Part shown: piece by piece, positions 1-10,334 of the stretch
How the letters are laid out: every line of letters begins with the position of its first letter
How positions within the stretch are numbered: the stretch's first letter is position 1
DNA from: an uncultured Rhodanobacteraceae bacterium
GTDB lineage: Bacteria; Pseudomonadota; Gammaproteobacteria; Xanthomonadales; UBA2363
Direction of reading: 5' to 3'
Length of the DNA stretch: 38,969 nt
Assembly: GCA_964522235.1 (NCBI GenBank)
Contig: CAZFUH010000001.1
Location: forward strand, 1 to 38,969
Position numbers and translations under genes: made by a program
Notes under the pieces: model-generated
Seen by the model: the letters and a program-made list of their open reading frames with translations, nothing else
Database searches by the model: none
Told to the model about the DNA's origin: nothing

Positions 1-454
1 CTTCCAGCGAAATCTCGCCGGTCAGCCAGGCGACATTGACCAGCCACTCGCGGGCACCCGAATCGAGCCGAACCCAGCCGCCGGTGGAACTGCCGTCGGG
101 AAAGAAACGAATACGCCCCGAAGTCTCTTCGTCGCTGGTCAACTCGCTGCGAATGGTTCGAACACGAATCGACATGTTCTCGGGAAATTGCACGGTGGCG
201 CGACCAGGAGCAGTGTAGGTTTTGTTTTCGACATCGATCTCGAGCGCGCGTTCCTCACGTTTGAGAATTGCCTGGCCGCGGGTGTAGCGCATCGCCGCCG
301 CCAGATCGCGACTCGCGGCCATGACCTTGGTCCCAGTCAGGCCGCGCACGAGACTGAACGTCATCGCCACCGCGATGATGGCGATCAGGGCCAGCACGGC
401 GACCATTTCGATCAAGGTGAAACCGCGCGCTTCGCGGGCGCGAGTAGAACGCAC
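1..454 (-). CDS. gspH: Type II secretion minor pseudopilin H (GspH/XpsH); 3' end runs off the window
   Basis: Not in the ORF track because there is no stop in the window. Hand translation from GTG 454: MRSTRAREARGFTLIEMVAVLALIAIIAVAM...IRFFPDGSSTGG...VNVAWLTGEISLE. Prepilin motif GFTLIE plus typical GspH C-terminal motifs; follows gspG. Confidence 0.88.
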   Translation of the reverse strand, partial: MRSTRAREARGFTLIEMVAVLALIAIIAVAMTFSLVRGLTGTKVMAASRDLAAAMRYTRGQAILKREERALEIDVENKTYTAPGRATVQFPENMSIRVRTIRSELTSDEETSGRIRFFPDGSSTGGWVRLDSGAREWLVNVAWLTGEISLE

Positions 455-694
455 GTTGGAAAGGCGGCGAGGCGGCGGGAGGGCGGAACATGAGGCCGAT
501 TCGCGGGAGACCGCACAGCCGACCACAGATTGCCTTCGGGGTCGCGACCCTGGCGAGACTGTCCGAGCGGGCCGAGCCTGCGCCCCGCTCCCTGTTCCCT
601 GCCTGCTGGCGCGCCCGTCGTTCATCACTGCCTTTACGCTGGACCACCGATTCAATACTGAGGCAACGTCGACCGGCTGGTCGCGAGGCGCGGG

Positions 695-1090
695 TCACCA
701 ATTGCTGATATCGGCATTGTTTCCTTCACCGCCAGGCTTGCCGTCCTGACCATGCGAAATCAGGTCAAAGTCACGACCGCTCTGGCCGGGCACCCGGTAG
801 ACAATGTCGTTCTTCCACGGATCCTTGAGCTGCGACTCGCGCAGATGGCCTTTGCTGACCAGGGCCTGGAGATTCTCCGGGTAACGGCCGTTCTCCATGT
901 AGTAGGCCTCGACCGAGGTCGAAATCGTGTTGATCTGGGCCTTGGCGGCATTGACCTGGCCGCCGGTGAAGCCGGGCATGACATTGCGCACAACCAGGGT
1001 CGCGACGATGCCGATCAACACCAGAACGGCGATCATCTCGATCAGGCTGAAGCCGCCGGCCCGGCGGGCATTGGGGGTGAAACGTAACAT
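695..1090 (-). CDS. gspG: Type II secretion major pseudopilin G
   Basis: GFSLIEM prepilin motif, KDPWKNDIVY, SHGQDGKPGGEG..ADISNW. ATG 1090 chosen because AGGAG lies about 7 nt upstream. Confidence 0.95.
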   Translation of the reverse strand: MLRFTPNARRAGGFSLIEMIAVLVLIGIVATLVVRNVMPGFTGGQVNAAKAQINTISTSVEAYYMENGRYPENLQALVSKGHLRESQLKDPWKNDIVYRVPGQSGRDFDLISHGQDGKPGGEGNNADISNW

Positions 1091-1092
1091 GA

Positions 1093-2310
1093 TCAAGCTC
1101 CTACGGTGGACATGATGGTCATGATCGGCAGCAGCAGCGCCATCATGATGAGACCGACGACCAAGGCCATGATCAGCGTCAGGATCGGCGTCAAGGCGGC
1201 GAGCAGTCGATCGATGGTCGCCCTGGTTTCAGCATCAAAGGTGTCGGCGACCTTCAGCAGCATGGTATCCAATTCGCCGGATTCCTCGCCGACCGCGACC
1301 ATCTGCAGCGCCAGCTTCGGAAAGCGCTTCTGCTGGCCCAGCGCGTAGCCCAGGCCATCACCCGTCTTGACCAGATGGGTCGCCTCGTCGACAGCCTCAG
1401 CCAGGACACTATTGCTGAGCACGTTGCGCGCAATGGTCAGCGCAGTAAGCAATGGAACGCCGCTTTGCAGCAAAGTTCCCAGGGTGCGGGCCAGGCGCGC
1501 GGTATCCAGACGCAGAAACAGCGTGCCGAACAATCCCATGCGCAGGAAGCGCTCGTCCCAGGCCCGCCGACTGTCAGGCTGCGCCAGTTGCCGCTGGAAC
1601 CACACTGCGAACAGAATGACGCCGCCAATCAGCAGCCACCAATAGCCGGTCAAGGCGTTGCCGAATGCCAGCACAACGCGGGTCATCAGCGGCAGTTGCG
1701 CGCCCATGTCCTCGAACATCGGCACGAATTGCGGCACCACGAACATCAACAGCATGAAGATCGCACCCAGCACGGCCAGCACAAGGATCGCAGGATAGAT
1801 CAGGGCGCTGATTACCGAGCTCTTCAGCTTCTGACTGCGATCCATGTACTCGGCCAGACGGCGCAGCGTGCGTTCCAGCGTGCCGCCGATCTCGCCGGCG
1901 CGAACCATATTGATGTACAGGCGCGAGAACGCCCCATGCTGCGCTTCCAGGGCATCGGACAGCGACGACCCCTCGCGCACCTGATCGCGGACGCGGCTGA
2001 TCAGCTTGCGTGCCTTCTCGCTTTCCGGCAGCTCCAGCAGAATCTGCATGGCCCGGTCCAGCGGCTGCCCGGCGCCCATCAAGGTGGCCAGCTGGTCGGT
2101 GAATGCCGTGACCTGCTTCGGGTTCATCGCCTGCTTGCGCAGCAGGGCGGTCAGACCGACACCGACGGCGCCGTCCGCCTCGACCGCCGACAACGGAATA
2201 TTGCCGGCATCCTGGACCTTGGCGATCACTTCGTCCGGGCTGGCCGCGTCCATCTGCCCTTCCAGAGTCTCGCCGCTGGGCGTGACCGCCTTGTAGCGGT
2301 AAAGGGTCAT
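1093..2310 (-). CDS. gspF: Type II secretion inner-membrane platform protein F
   Basis: Two T2SSF repeats (YINMVRAGEIGG, MVAVGEESGELD), 405 aa, between gspE and gspG. Confidence 0.95.
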   Translation of the reverse strand: MTLYRYKAVTPSGETLEGQMDAASPDEVIAKVQDAGNIPLSAVEADGAVGVGLTALLRKQAMNPKQVTAFTDQLATLMGAGQPLDRAMQILLELPESEKARKLISRVRDQVREGSSLSDALEAQHGAFSRLYINMVRAGEIGGTLERTLRRLAEYMDRSQKLKSSVISALIYPAILVLAVLGAIFMLLMFVVPQFVPMFEDMGAQLPLMTRVVLAFGNALTGYWWLLIGGVILFAVWFQRQLAQPDSRRAWDERFLRMGLFGTLFLRLDTARLARTLGTLLQSGVPLLTALTIARNVLSNSVLAEAVDEATHLVKTGDGLGYALGQQKRFPKLALQMVAVGEESGELDTMLLKVADTFDAETRATIDRLLAALTPILTLIMALVVGLIMMALLLPIMTIMSTVGA

Positions 2311-2316
2311 GATCGG

Positions 2317-4044
2317 CTAGTTTTCCTGAGTGACACGCAGCACCTCTTCGATCGTGGTGACTCCCTGCAGGGCTTTCGACAGGCCGTCCTCGAACATCGT
2401 GCGCATGCCGTCGGCCTGCGCCTGGGCCTGCAACTTCTGCTCGTCGGCGTGCTGCATGACCATGCGCCGCAGCGACTCGGTCATGGTCAGAAACTCCATG
2501 ATCGTGGTGCGGCCGAAATAGCCAGTCGGCGTCAGCGCCGACGGTATCGGCCGATAGAGCCGGACCGGACGCTCGTCGCTGAACTGCTCCAGACGGTATT
2601 CGCGAACTACCTCGGGCGCCGGTTCGTACGGTTCGGCATGGGCCGGATCCATGCGCCGGACCAGGCGTTGGGCCAGGATGCCGTTGACGGTCGAGGTCAG
2701 CAGGTAATCGTCAACGCCCATGTCGAGCATGCGTGTGATACCGCCCGCTGCCGAGTTCGTGTGCAGGGTCGAAAGCACCAGATGACCGGTCAGCGCCGAC
2801 TGGATCGCGATCTTCGCGGTCTCCAGGTCGCGCATCTCGCCGATCATGATCACGTCCGGATCCTGGCGCACGATCGAGCGCAGCGCCTGAGCGAAATCCA
2901 GACCGATCTGCGGTTTGGCCTGAATCTGGTTGATCCCTTCGATCTGGTACTCGACCGGATCCTCGACGGTGATGATCTTGACGTCGGGCGTATTGATTTG
3001 CGACAGCGCCGTGTACAGGGTCGTGGTCTTGCCCGAACCGGTCGGACCGGTGACCAGCAGGATGCCGTGCGGCATCTCCAACACCTTGAGGAACTTGGGC
3101 AGGAAGTGATCGGTGAAGCCCAGGCGCTTGAAGTCGAAGACCACGCTTTCGCGATCAAGGATACGCATGACCACGCTCTCGCCGTGCGCGGTCGGCACCG
3201 TCGAGACACGCAGATCCAGCTCCTTGCCCTGAACGCGGAGCATGATTCGGCCGTCCTGTGGCAGCCGGCGCTCGGCAATGTTCAACTTGGCCATGATCTT
3301 GACGCGCGAGATCACCGCAGCGGTGCTCGAGGCCGGCGGCGACTCGACCTCGTGCAGGACGCCATCGATCCGGTAGCGGACCTTCAGACGGTTTTCGAAC
3401 GGCTCGATGTGGATGTCGCTGGCGCGCTGCTCAACCGCGCGCTGGATGACCAGATTGACCAGCCGGATCACCGGCGCCTCGGACGCCAGGTCGCGTAGAT
3501 GCTCGACATCGTCTTCGCCGCGACCGCCGTCGTCGCTCAGGCTTTCGACGATCGTGCCCAGGGCCGATCGGCCCTGGCCGTAGTAGCGCTCGATCAGATC
3601 GTCGATTTCCGAGCGCAACCCGACCGCGACCTCGACCCGCTTGCCGGTGGCCAGGCGGGTCGCCTGGACCGGGTAGTTTTCCTGAGGGTCGGCGACCAGC
3701 AGCTCGACGCTGGTTTCGCTCTCGCCGATCGGAACGACGTGGTGCTGCTTGAGAAAGCGCAGCGGCAGCAGGGTATTTTCCGGCGGCGTCTCGGAAACGT
3801 CCTTGGAATATTTCAGCGGCAGCTCCAGCACCGACGCGATCGCCTCGGCGACGTCACGCTCCGAGGCCAGACCCAGCTTGGTCAGCAACGAGACCAGGCT
3901 GCCGCCGGACTCCTCGTGCAGGCGCTTGGCGCGATTGAGATCGGTCTCTTTCAGACGGCCGCGCTCGACCAGGGCGGTGCAGATGCGCACCTCGTTCAGA
4001 GCCTGGCCGGTCGACACCGGCGATTCGGGAAGTGCGGCGGCCAT
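2317..4044 (-). CDS. gspE: Type II secretion ATPase E
   Basis: ASDIHIEP, AERRLPQDG, Walker A GPTGSGKTTT, EDPVE, RQDPDVIMIGEMRD, STLHTN; long XpsE-type N-terminus. Confidence 0.96.
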   Translation of the reverse strand: MAAALPESPVSTGQALNEVRICTALVERGRLKETDLNRAKRLHEESGGSLVSLLTKLGLASERDVAEAIASVLELPLKYSKDVSETPPENTLLPLRFLKQHHVVPIGESETSVELLVADPQENYPVQATRLATGKRVEVAVGLRSEIDDLIERYYGQGRSALGTIVESLSDDGGRGEDDVEHLRDLASEAPVIRLVNLVIQRAVEQRASDIHIEPFENRLKVRYRIDGVLHEVESPPASSTAAVISRVKIMAKLNIAERRLPQDGRIMLRVQGKELDLRVSTVPTAHGESVVMRILDRESVVFDFKRLGFTDHFLPKFLKVLEMPHGILLVTGPTGSGKTTTLYTALSQINTPDVKIITVEDPVEYQIEGINQIQAKPQIGLDFAQALRSIVRQDPDVIMIGEMRDLETAKIAIQSALTGHLVLSTLHTNSAAGGITRMLDMGVDDYLLTSTVNGILAQRLVRRMDPAHAEPYEPAPEVVREYRLEQFSDERPVRLYRPIPSALTPTGYFGRTTIMEFLTMTESLRRMVMQHADEQKLQAQAQADGMRTMFEDGLSKALQGVTTIEEVLRVTQEN

Positions 4045-4045
4045 A

Positions 4046-4792
4046 TCAGTTCTCGGGTTCTCGCTCCGGCCCCGCTACCGGGGGCTGGGCTGCGGGTTCG
4101 ACCGGCGCGACCGGTACAGGTTCCGCGATCCGGCCGGTCAGCTGCTCGATCGCGGCGCGGTTCATCAGCACCCACAGTACCACCGGCACCACGGCCGGCA
4201 GAATCAGGTAGCCGAACTGGTAGCCGGCGGCGAGCAGATTCAGCCAGATGCCCTCGGCGGCGAGCGTGGCGCCGCCGAGATGCTGCATGGCCTTGATCAG
4301 GGCATTGGTGACCAGGCCAAAGATCTGGACCACGACGATCGCCGCCCAGCCCGCGGCCATCTGTATCAGGCGCCGGCGCGCCGACAGCGGCGTCGCCATG
4401 ATCAAACCCCAGATCAACGCCAGACCGTAGCCGTAGACCATGCTGTTGACCGGGACCAGGATTTCCGTTCCGGCGCGCCGCTCGGCGCGCATCGGCTCGG
4501 GCATTGCGCGCTCGTTGTAGCGCAGAACCAGCAAATGGTCGTAGCGATAGCCTGAGCCCTGTCTCGGTGTTCCAGGCGCAGTCGGGACCGCTGCGTCGGG
4601 GTCGATCAGCTCGCTCGGATAGCCGACATAGGCGGCCTGGAAGATGCCGCCGAACCGCGACTCCAGAATCGCACTGGCGGCGCTGGTCGCCGGCAGCGAA
4701 AACACACTGGACAGGTAGACCCAGACGAAGAACATCGCCGGCAGCCAGAGCACGGCCAGGAGCAGGAAACGCTTCAGCGGATTGGGCTTCAT
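4046..4792 (-). CDS. Multi-pass membrane protein resembling the exosortase H-associated membrane protein family
   Basis: Several TM helices; motifs VNSMVYGYGLALIWGLIMATP and YQFGYLILPAVVPVVLWVLMNR recalled from that family, not search-verified. 4 nt after purL, 1 nt before gspE. Confidence 0.65.
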   Translation of the reverse strand: MKPNPLKRFLLLAVLWLPAMFFVWVYLSSVFSLPATSAASAILESRFGGIFQAAYVGYPSELIDPDAAVPTAPGTPRQGSGYRYDHLLVLRYNERAMPEPMRAERRAGTEILVPVNSMVYGYGLALIWGLIMATPLSARRRLIQMAAGWAAIVVVQIFGLVTNALIKAMQHLGGATLAAEGIWLNLLAAGYQFGYLILPAVVPVVLWVLMNRAAIEQLTGRIAEPVPVAPVEPAAQPPVAGPEREPEN

Positions 4793-4796
4793 CGTC

Positions 4797-7700
4797 TCAA
4801 CCCAGGTGCGCGCGAGCGTTGCGGAACAGACGCAACCATGGCGAAGCCTCGCCCCAGTGGGCCGGTGCCCAGCTCATCTGGGCACTGCGGAACACCCGCT
4901 CCGGATGCGGCATCAGAATCGTGACCCGGCCGTCGTCGCTGCAGACTCCTGCAATGCCGCCAGGGGAACCATTCGGGTTGTCCGGGTAGCGCTCGGCAAC
5001 CCGACCGTCTCCGTCGACATAGCGGGCTACGGTCTTGGCCCGTTGCCGATCGCCGCCGCTGACGGCGAAATCGGCCTGGCCCTCGCCGTGGGCAACGACC
5101 ACCGGAATACGGCTGCCGGCCATGCCGGCGAAGAACAGCGACGGCGAATCGACCACCTCGACCAGGCTCAGGCGAGCCTCGTATTGCTCGGAGCGATTGC
5201 GCCGAAACACCGGCCAGTGGCTGCTGCCGGGAATGATCCCGCGCAACCAGGACAGCATCTGGCAGCCATTGCAGACCCCGAGCGCAAAGGTATCCAGATC
5301 TGCGAACCAGGCCGCGAACTGCTCACGCAGCTGACCGTGTTCGAGAATCGAGGTTGCCCAGCCACGGCCGGCACCGAGCACGTCACCGTACGAAAAGCCG
5401 CCGCACGCAGCGATGCCCTTGAACTCCGGCAGCCGGCGCCGACCGGCGATCAGATCGCTGAGATGGACATCGACGGCGGCGAAGCCGGCGCGATCGAACG
5501 CCGCCGCCATTTCGATCTGACCGTTGACGCCCTGCTCGCGCAAGATCGCGATACGCGGCCGTGCACCGATGCCGATGTAGGGTGCCGCGACGTCCTCGTT
5601 GGGATCGAAGCTCAATATCGGTGCCAGTCCCGGCGCGGCGAACTCGCAACGCTGTCGCTGCTCTTCGTCCGCGCATCCGGGCTCATCACGCAGGCGCTGC
5701 ATGGCATGGGTGGTGCGCGTCCATGCCGTCATCAGCTCCTGCCAGGGCCACTGGCCAACGACCGAGCCGGCTGTCCGCACCAAGACCCGCGGCTCGACGA
5801 TCGGGCTGGCAACCGGCCGCGCATATTCGAGCAGACCGTGTTCGGCGAGCCGGTCCTGGAACTTCTGCCGGTCGCAGTCGCGCACCTGCACCAGCACGCC
5901 CAGTTCCTCGGCGAACAGGTCGGCAACGGCATCCGTCGAGTCGATGTCGACGTCCAGACCGCAATGCGAGGCGAATGCCATCTCGACCAGGGCGACCAGC
6001 AGGCCGCCATCGCTGATGTCGTGATAGGCCGTGATCAGCCCCGCCTCACGCGCCGCCCTGAGCAGACCGAAGCCGCGCAGAAACAGCTGCGGATCGTCGA
6101 GGTCGGGAGCCGCGCCACCGTCGCGACCGTGGACCTGGGCCAGACAGGAGCCACCCAAGCGGCGCTGGCCGGCGGCCAGATCCAGCTGCCAGATCGTGCT
6201 CGGCTCGTCACGATCCAGCAACGGCGTCCAGACCCGGCGGACATCGCCGATCCGGCTGAATGCCGAGACGATCAACGACACCGGCGCGACCGTCGCATGC
6301 TCGATCTCGCCCACGTGATGGCGCACCTGCATCGACATCGAGTCCTTGCCGACCGGAATCGACAGGCCCAGGGCCGGGCACAATTCCATGCCAACCGCAT
6401 GGACGGCGTCAAACAGGGCCGCGTCCTCGCCCGGATGACCGACTGCAGCCATCCAGTTTGCCGACAGCTTGACCTCGGTCATCCGCTCGATCGGCGCCGC
6501 CCACAGGTTGGTCAAGGCCTCACCGACCGCCATCCGGGCGCTCGCCGCGGCATCGAGGAGGGCCAACGGCGTGCGCTCGCCGATCGCCATCGCCTCACCG
6601 GCATGACCGTCGAAATCGGCCAGGGTCGCGGCGCAGTCGGCCACCGGAACCTGCCAGGGGCCGATCATCGGGTCGCGCGCGCACAGACCGCCGACGCTGC
6701 GGTCGCCGATCGTCACCAGAAAGCCCTTGTGGCCAATGGTCGGGAATGAAAGCAGCCGCGGCAGCGCCTCCTGAATGGAAATCCCCCGCAAATCCAGGGC
6801 CTGGCTCGCGGGCAGCAGCCGGCGAACATCACGATGCATCTTTGGCGCCTTGCCGAACAACACCTGCATCGGCAGATCGATCACGGCCCGACCGTCCGCG
6901 GCCAGCACTGCCAGATGCTCGGCCCGGGTCGCCTGGCCGAGCACCGAAAACGGCGCCCGCTCGCGCTCGCACAGGGAAGCAAAACGAGCCAGGTCGGCCT
7001 CGCGCACGGCCAGCACATAGCGTTCCTGGGATTCGTTGCACCACAACTCCATCGGACTCAGGGCCGGGTCGGCGCTGGGAATCGCCGCCAACTCGATGCG
7101 ACCACCGACACCGGCATCATGCAGCAGCTCGGGTACGGCATTGCTGAGGCCGCCGGCGCCGACATCGTGGATCGCGACGATCGGATTGCCATCGCCCAGC
7201 GCCATGCAGGCATCGATGACTTCCTGGCAACGACGCTGCATCTCCGGGTTGTCGCGCTGGACCGAGGCGAAATCGAGGTCGGCGCTGTCGCCGGCGGCCT
7301 TCGATGACGCCGCACCCCCACCCAGACCGATCAGCATTGCCGGACCGCCCAGGACAATGACCGCATCGCCGGGCTGGACCCGTTGCTTGGCGACATGCCC
7401 GGGTCGCACTGCGCCGAGACCGCCAGCGATCATGATCGGCTTGTCGTAGCCGCGCACCAGGGTCGGACTGCGCACTTGTTCGAAGCTGCGGAAGTAGCCG
7501 CCCAGACAGGGCCGGCCGAACTCGTTGTTGAACGCGGCGGCGCCGATCGGGCCATCGCGCATGATCTCAAACGCTGTTGCATAGCCGGGCGGCAACGGCC
7601 GCGGCACTTCCCAGGGCTCGGTCTGGCCGGGAATGCGCAGATGCGAGACCGAAAAGCCGGTCAGACCGGCCTTGGGTTTGCCGCCGCGCCCGACTGCGCC

Positions 7701-8633
7701 CTCGTCACGGATTTCGCCGCCGGCGCCGGTCGCGGCACCCGGATGCGGCGCGATTGCGGTCGGATGGTTGTGAGTTTCAACCTTGATTGCATACGCGGCC
7801 ATCTCCGCTTGCCGCACATACTCACCGCTGTCCGGGTCCGGGCGCAGACGCGCAGCCTCATGGCCCTCGATCACGGCGGCGTTGTCGCTATAGGCGCTGA
7901 GCGTTCCCTCCGGCGTCACGGCATGGGTGTTGCGAATCATTGCGAACAGCGACCGTGGCTGTGCCTGCCCGTCGACGGACCAATCGGCATTGAACACCTT
8001 GTGCCGGCAATGTTCCGAGTTCGCCTGCGCAAACATCATCAGTTCGGCATCCTGCGGGTCGCGGCCGAGCTCGCCGTAGCGCTCGCGCAGGTAGTCGATT
8101 TCGTCGGCGCTCAGGGCCAGGCCAAGCTCGCGATTGGCCTGCTCCAGCCCCGACAGCGGAATCGTCGCCAGCGGCCGCAGCGGCCGTGGCTCGAACAGCT
8201 CGGCCGCCGCCGGTACCGTATCAAGACAGGACTGAGTCATTGGATCGTGCAATACACGAGCCAGTTTCAGCCGTGACTCGGGGCCGGTCGACGGTCGATC
8301 CAGGCTCAGGCGTTGGCCGCGCTCGACTCGGCGCACCGGCAGGCCGCAGCCGCGAAGAATATCGGTCGCCTTCGACGACCAGGGCGAGATCGTACCCAGC
8401 CGGGGCACGATGAACAGCTCGGCCGCACCGGTTGTCGCGGGAACTTCGGCCGGCACCCCCAGAATCGCCGCCACTCGCGCCAGCATCCCGGCCTCGGGCT
8501 CGGACTCCAGGTCGAGAAAGTACAGCCAGTGGGCGCCGAGCAGGCGACTGTCGTCACCTGCCTCGGCCAGCGCCAGATTCAATCGTTCCAGCCGAAACGT
8601 GGAAAGAGCAGCGCTGCCGGACAGGACGATCAT
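4797..8633 (-). CDS. purL: Phosphoribosylformylglycinamidine synthase (large PurL)
   Basis: [20 protein letters not shown], glutaminase GVCNGCQ and MPHPER; about 1278 aa from ATG 8633. Confidence 0.97.
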   Translation of the reverse strand: MIVLSGSAALSTFRLERLNLALAEAGDDSRLLGAHWLYFLDLESEPEAGMLARVAAILGVPAEVPATTGAAELFIVPRLGTISPWSSKATDILRGCGLPVRRVERGQRLSLDRPSTGPESRLKLARVLHDPMTQSCLDTVPAAAELFEPRPLRPLATIPLSGLEQANRELGLALSADEIDYLRERYGELGRDPQDAELMMFAQANSEHCRHKVFNADWSVDGQAQPRSLFAMIRNTHAVTPEGTLSAYSDNAAVIEGHEAARLRPDPDSGEYVRQAEMAAYAIKVETHNHPTAIAPHPGAATGAGGEIRDEGAVGRGGKPKAGLTGFSVSHLRIPGQTEPWEVPRPLPPGYATAFEIMRDGPIGAAAFNNEFGRPCLGGYFRSFEQVRSPTLVRGYDKPIMIAGGLGAVRPGHVAKQRVQPGDAVIVLGGPAMLIGLGGGAASSKAAGDSADLDFASVQRDNPEMQRRCQEVIDACMALGDGNPIVAIHDVGAGGLSNAVPELLHDAGVGGRIELAAIPSADPALSPMELWCNESQERYVLAVREADLARFASLCERERAPFSVLGQATRAEHLAVLAADGRAVIDLPMQVLFGKAPKMHRDVRRLLPASQALDLRGISIQEALPRLLSFPTIGHKGFLVTIGDRSVGGLCARDPMIGPWQVPVADCAATLADFDGHAGEAMAIGERTPLALLDAAASARMAVGEALTNLWAAPIERMTEVKLSANWMAAVGHPGEDAALFDAVHAVGMELCPALGLSIPVGKDSMSMQVRHHVGEIEHATVAPVSLIVSAFSRIGDVRRVWTPLLDRDEPSTIWQLDLAAGQRRLGGSCLAQVHGRDGGAAPDLDDPQLFLRGFGLLRAAREAGLITAYHDISDGGLLVALVEMAFASHCGLDVDIDSTDAVADLFAEELGVLVQVRDCDRQKFQDRLAEHGLLEYARPVASPIVEPRVLVRTAGSVVGQWPWQELMTAWTRTTHAMQRLRDEPGCADEEQRQRCEFAAPGLAPILSFDPNEDVAAPYIGIGARPRIAILREQGVNGQIEMAAAFDRAGFAAVDVHLSDLIAGRRRLPEFKGIAACGGFSYGDVLGAGRGWATSILEHGQLREQFAAWFADLDTFALGVCNGCQMLSWLRGIIPGSSHWPVFRRNRSEQYEARLSLVEVVDSPSLFFAGMAGSRIPVVVAHGEGQADFAVSGGDRQRAKTVARYVDGDGRVAERYPDNPNGSPGGIAGVCSDDGRVTILMPHPERVFRSAQMSWAPAHWGEASPWLRLFRNARAHLG

Positions 8634-8711
8634 CGAAGGGCGGTTTTGCGGGGCGCCATAGCATAGCGGAGGTCCCCGGCCGCACCCACCATCGGTTGGT
8701 TGCATACCGGC

Positions 8712-8748
8712 CGGGCCAGTCTCCGCACAGCCGCGACAGACTGGCCCG
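8712..8748 (-). terminator. 11-bp stem-loop downstream of dsbC; possible terminator or stabilising hairpin
   Basis: CGGGCCAGTCT (8712-8722) pairs with AGACTGGCCCG (8738-8748); no U-tract. Confidence 0.35.
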
Positions 8749-8760
8749 CTGCGCCGGGAG

Positions 8761-9492
8761 TCAGTTTCTGGCCGCGACCGCCTGCGCCTGCTTCAAGCCA
8801 TCCAGACGCTCGAGCAGGGCATCGGCCGGCAAGTAGCCCGGCAGCAGATCGCCTTGCTCGGTGATCAGGGCCGGCGTTCCGCTCAGACCGATCTGGATCG
8901 CCAGTTGCGTGTCGTCGGCAATCGGATTGTCGCAGCTCCGGCGCTCCAGTTCCTGGCCGGCCTTGGCCCGGGTCATGGCGTCGTTCTTGTCGGCTGAGCA
9001 CCAGACATTGACCGCCTTCTGGAACGATTCACTGCCGACGCCAGCGCGAGGGAAGAACAGGTATTCGATGGCGATGCCGCGGGCGTTGTAGTCGGCAATC
9101 TCCTGGTGCAGGCGACGACAGTATCCGCAGTCGATGTCGGTGAACACGGTCAACCGATGCTTGACCTCGTTCGGCGCGAAGATGATGCGCTTGTCCGCCG
9201 GGATCTGCTCGAGCGCCGTCTTGCGGGCACCGCTACGCTTCTGCTCGGTCAGATCGACCTTGTTGACGATGTCGAAGACACTGCCCTGGACCAGGAAGCG
9301 ACCGTCGGCGCTGACATAGATCAGCTGACCGCCGACCCCGACCTCGTAGAAGCCGGGCAAGGTCGACTCGGCAATCGTGTCGATCGTCGCGTTTGGCACC
9401 AGGGTCAGAATCGCGTCGCGGACGACCTTGTCGTCAGCCTGAACGGACAGGGCGCCGGCGAGCAGACCGGCGGCGAGGAAATAGCGGCTCAT
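8761..9492 (-). CDS. dsbC: Disulfide isomerase DsbC, downstream paralogue
   Basis: Signal peptide, N-terminal dimerisation domain, FTDIDCGYC active site, GTP cis-Pro motif. Confidence 0.92.
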   Translation of the reverse strand: MSRYFLAAGLLAGALSVQADDKVVRDAILTLVPNATIDTIAESTLPGFYEVGVGGQLIYVSADGRFLVQGSVFDIVNKVDLTEQKRSGARKTALEQIPADKRIIFAPNEVKHRLTVFTDIDCGYCRRLHQEIADYNARGIAIEYLFFPRAGVGSESFQKAVNVWCSADKNDAMTRAKAGQELERRSCDNPIADDTQLAIQIGLSGTPALITEQGDLLPGYLPADALLERLDGLKQAQAVAARN

Positions 9493-9567
9493 AGGGCGAG
9501 TTCCGATTGTGGGTTGGATGGGCATCGGACCGGCCAATGCGGCGAAGGTTCCGCACCCGGTTGCCGG

Positions 9568-10290
9568 TCAGTTGCCGGCCTGAGCCTGCTTCAGACCATC
9601 CAGCCGCTGCAACAGGGCATCGGCCGGCATGTAGCCGGGCAGCAGGTCGCCGTTCTCGGTAATCAGGGCCGGCGTGCCATTGATACCGATCTGCTGACCA
9701 AGCTGGAAGTCGTCAAGCACCGAATTGTCGCAGGTCCGGCGCTCCAGCTCCTGACCCGCCTTGGCCCGGGTCATGGCGTCGTTCTTGTCAGTCGCACACC
9801 AGACGTTGACGGCTTTCTGGAACGATTCGCTGCCGACCCCGGCGCGCGGAAAGAACAGGTACTCGATCGCAATGCCACGGGCGTTGTAGTCGGCCATCTC
9901 CTGATGCATACGGCGGCAATAGCCGCAGTCGATATCGGTGAACACGGTCAGCCGGTGCTTGACCTCGCTTGGTGCGAACACGATCCGGTTCTCCGACGGC
10001 AGCTGGTCGAGCGCAGTCTTGCGGACACCGCTGCGCTTCTGCTCGGTCAGATCGACCTTGTTGACGATGTCGAAAACACCGCCTTGGATCAGAAAGCGGC
10101 CGTCGGCGCTGACATACACGAGCTGCCCGCCCAGACCCACTTCGTAGAAGCCCGGCAAGGTCGATTCGGCGATCGTATCGATCGTCGCATTCGGCACCAG
10201 GGACAGGATTGCTTCGCGGACGATCTTGTCGTCAGCCTGCACGGAGGCGGCCGCGACGAGCACGCCAGCGGCGAAAAGAAGACGGTTCAT
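9568..10290 (-). CDS. dsbC: Disulfide isomerase DsbC, paralogue adjacent to xerD
   Basis: Same motifs ([15 protein letters not shown]); canonical xerD-dsbC adjacency. Confidence 0.93.
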   Translation of the reverse strand: MNRLLFAAGVLVAAASVQADDKIVREAILSLVPNATIDTIAESTLPGFYEVGLGGQLVYVSADGRFLIQGGVFDIVNKVDLTEQKRSGVRKTALDQLPSENRIVFAPSEVKHRLTVFTDIDCGYCRRMHQEMADYNARGIAIEYLFFPRAGVGSESFQKAVNVWCATDKNDAMTRAKAGQELERRTCDNSVLDDFQLGQQIGINGTPALITENGDLLPGYMPADALLQRLDGLKQAQAGN

Positions 10291-10334
10291 GAATGAAATC
10301 CTGCGGACGGACTGGGCACGAGCCGGCAATGATA

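Noticed and set aside
1375-7307. Long plus-strand ORFs (1375-3498, 4782-6749 and others)
   Set aside because: Antisense shadows of gspF/gspE and purL, expected with high-GC codon bias; no recognisable motifs.
8634-8705. N-terminal extensions in the ORF track for purL (also cytochrome c4, dsbA, dsbC, ERCC4, SRPBCC)
   Set aside because: Family similarity, signal peptides and RBS positions point to the downstream starts used here; some extensions overlap neighbouring genes.
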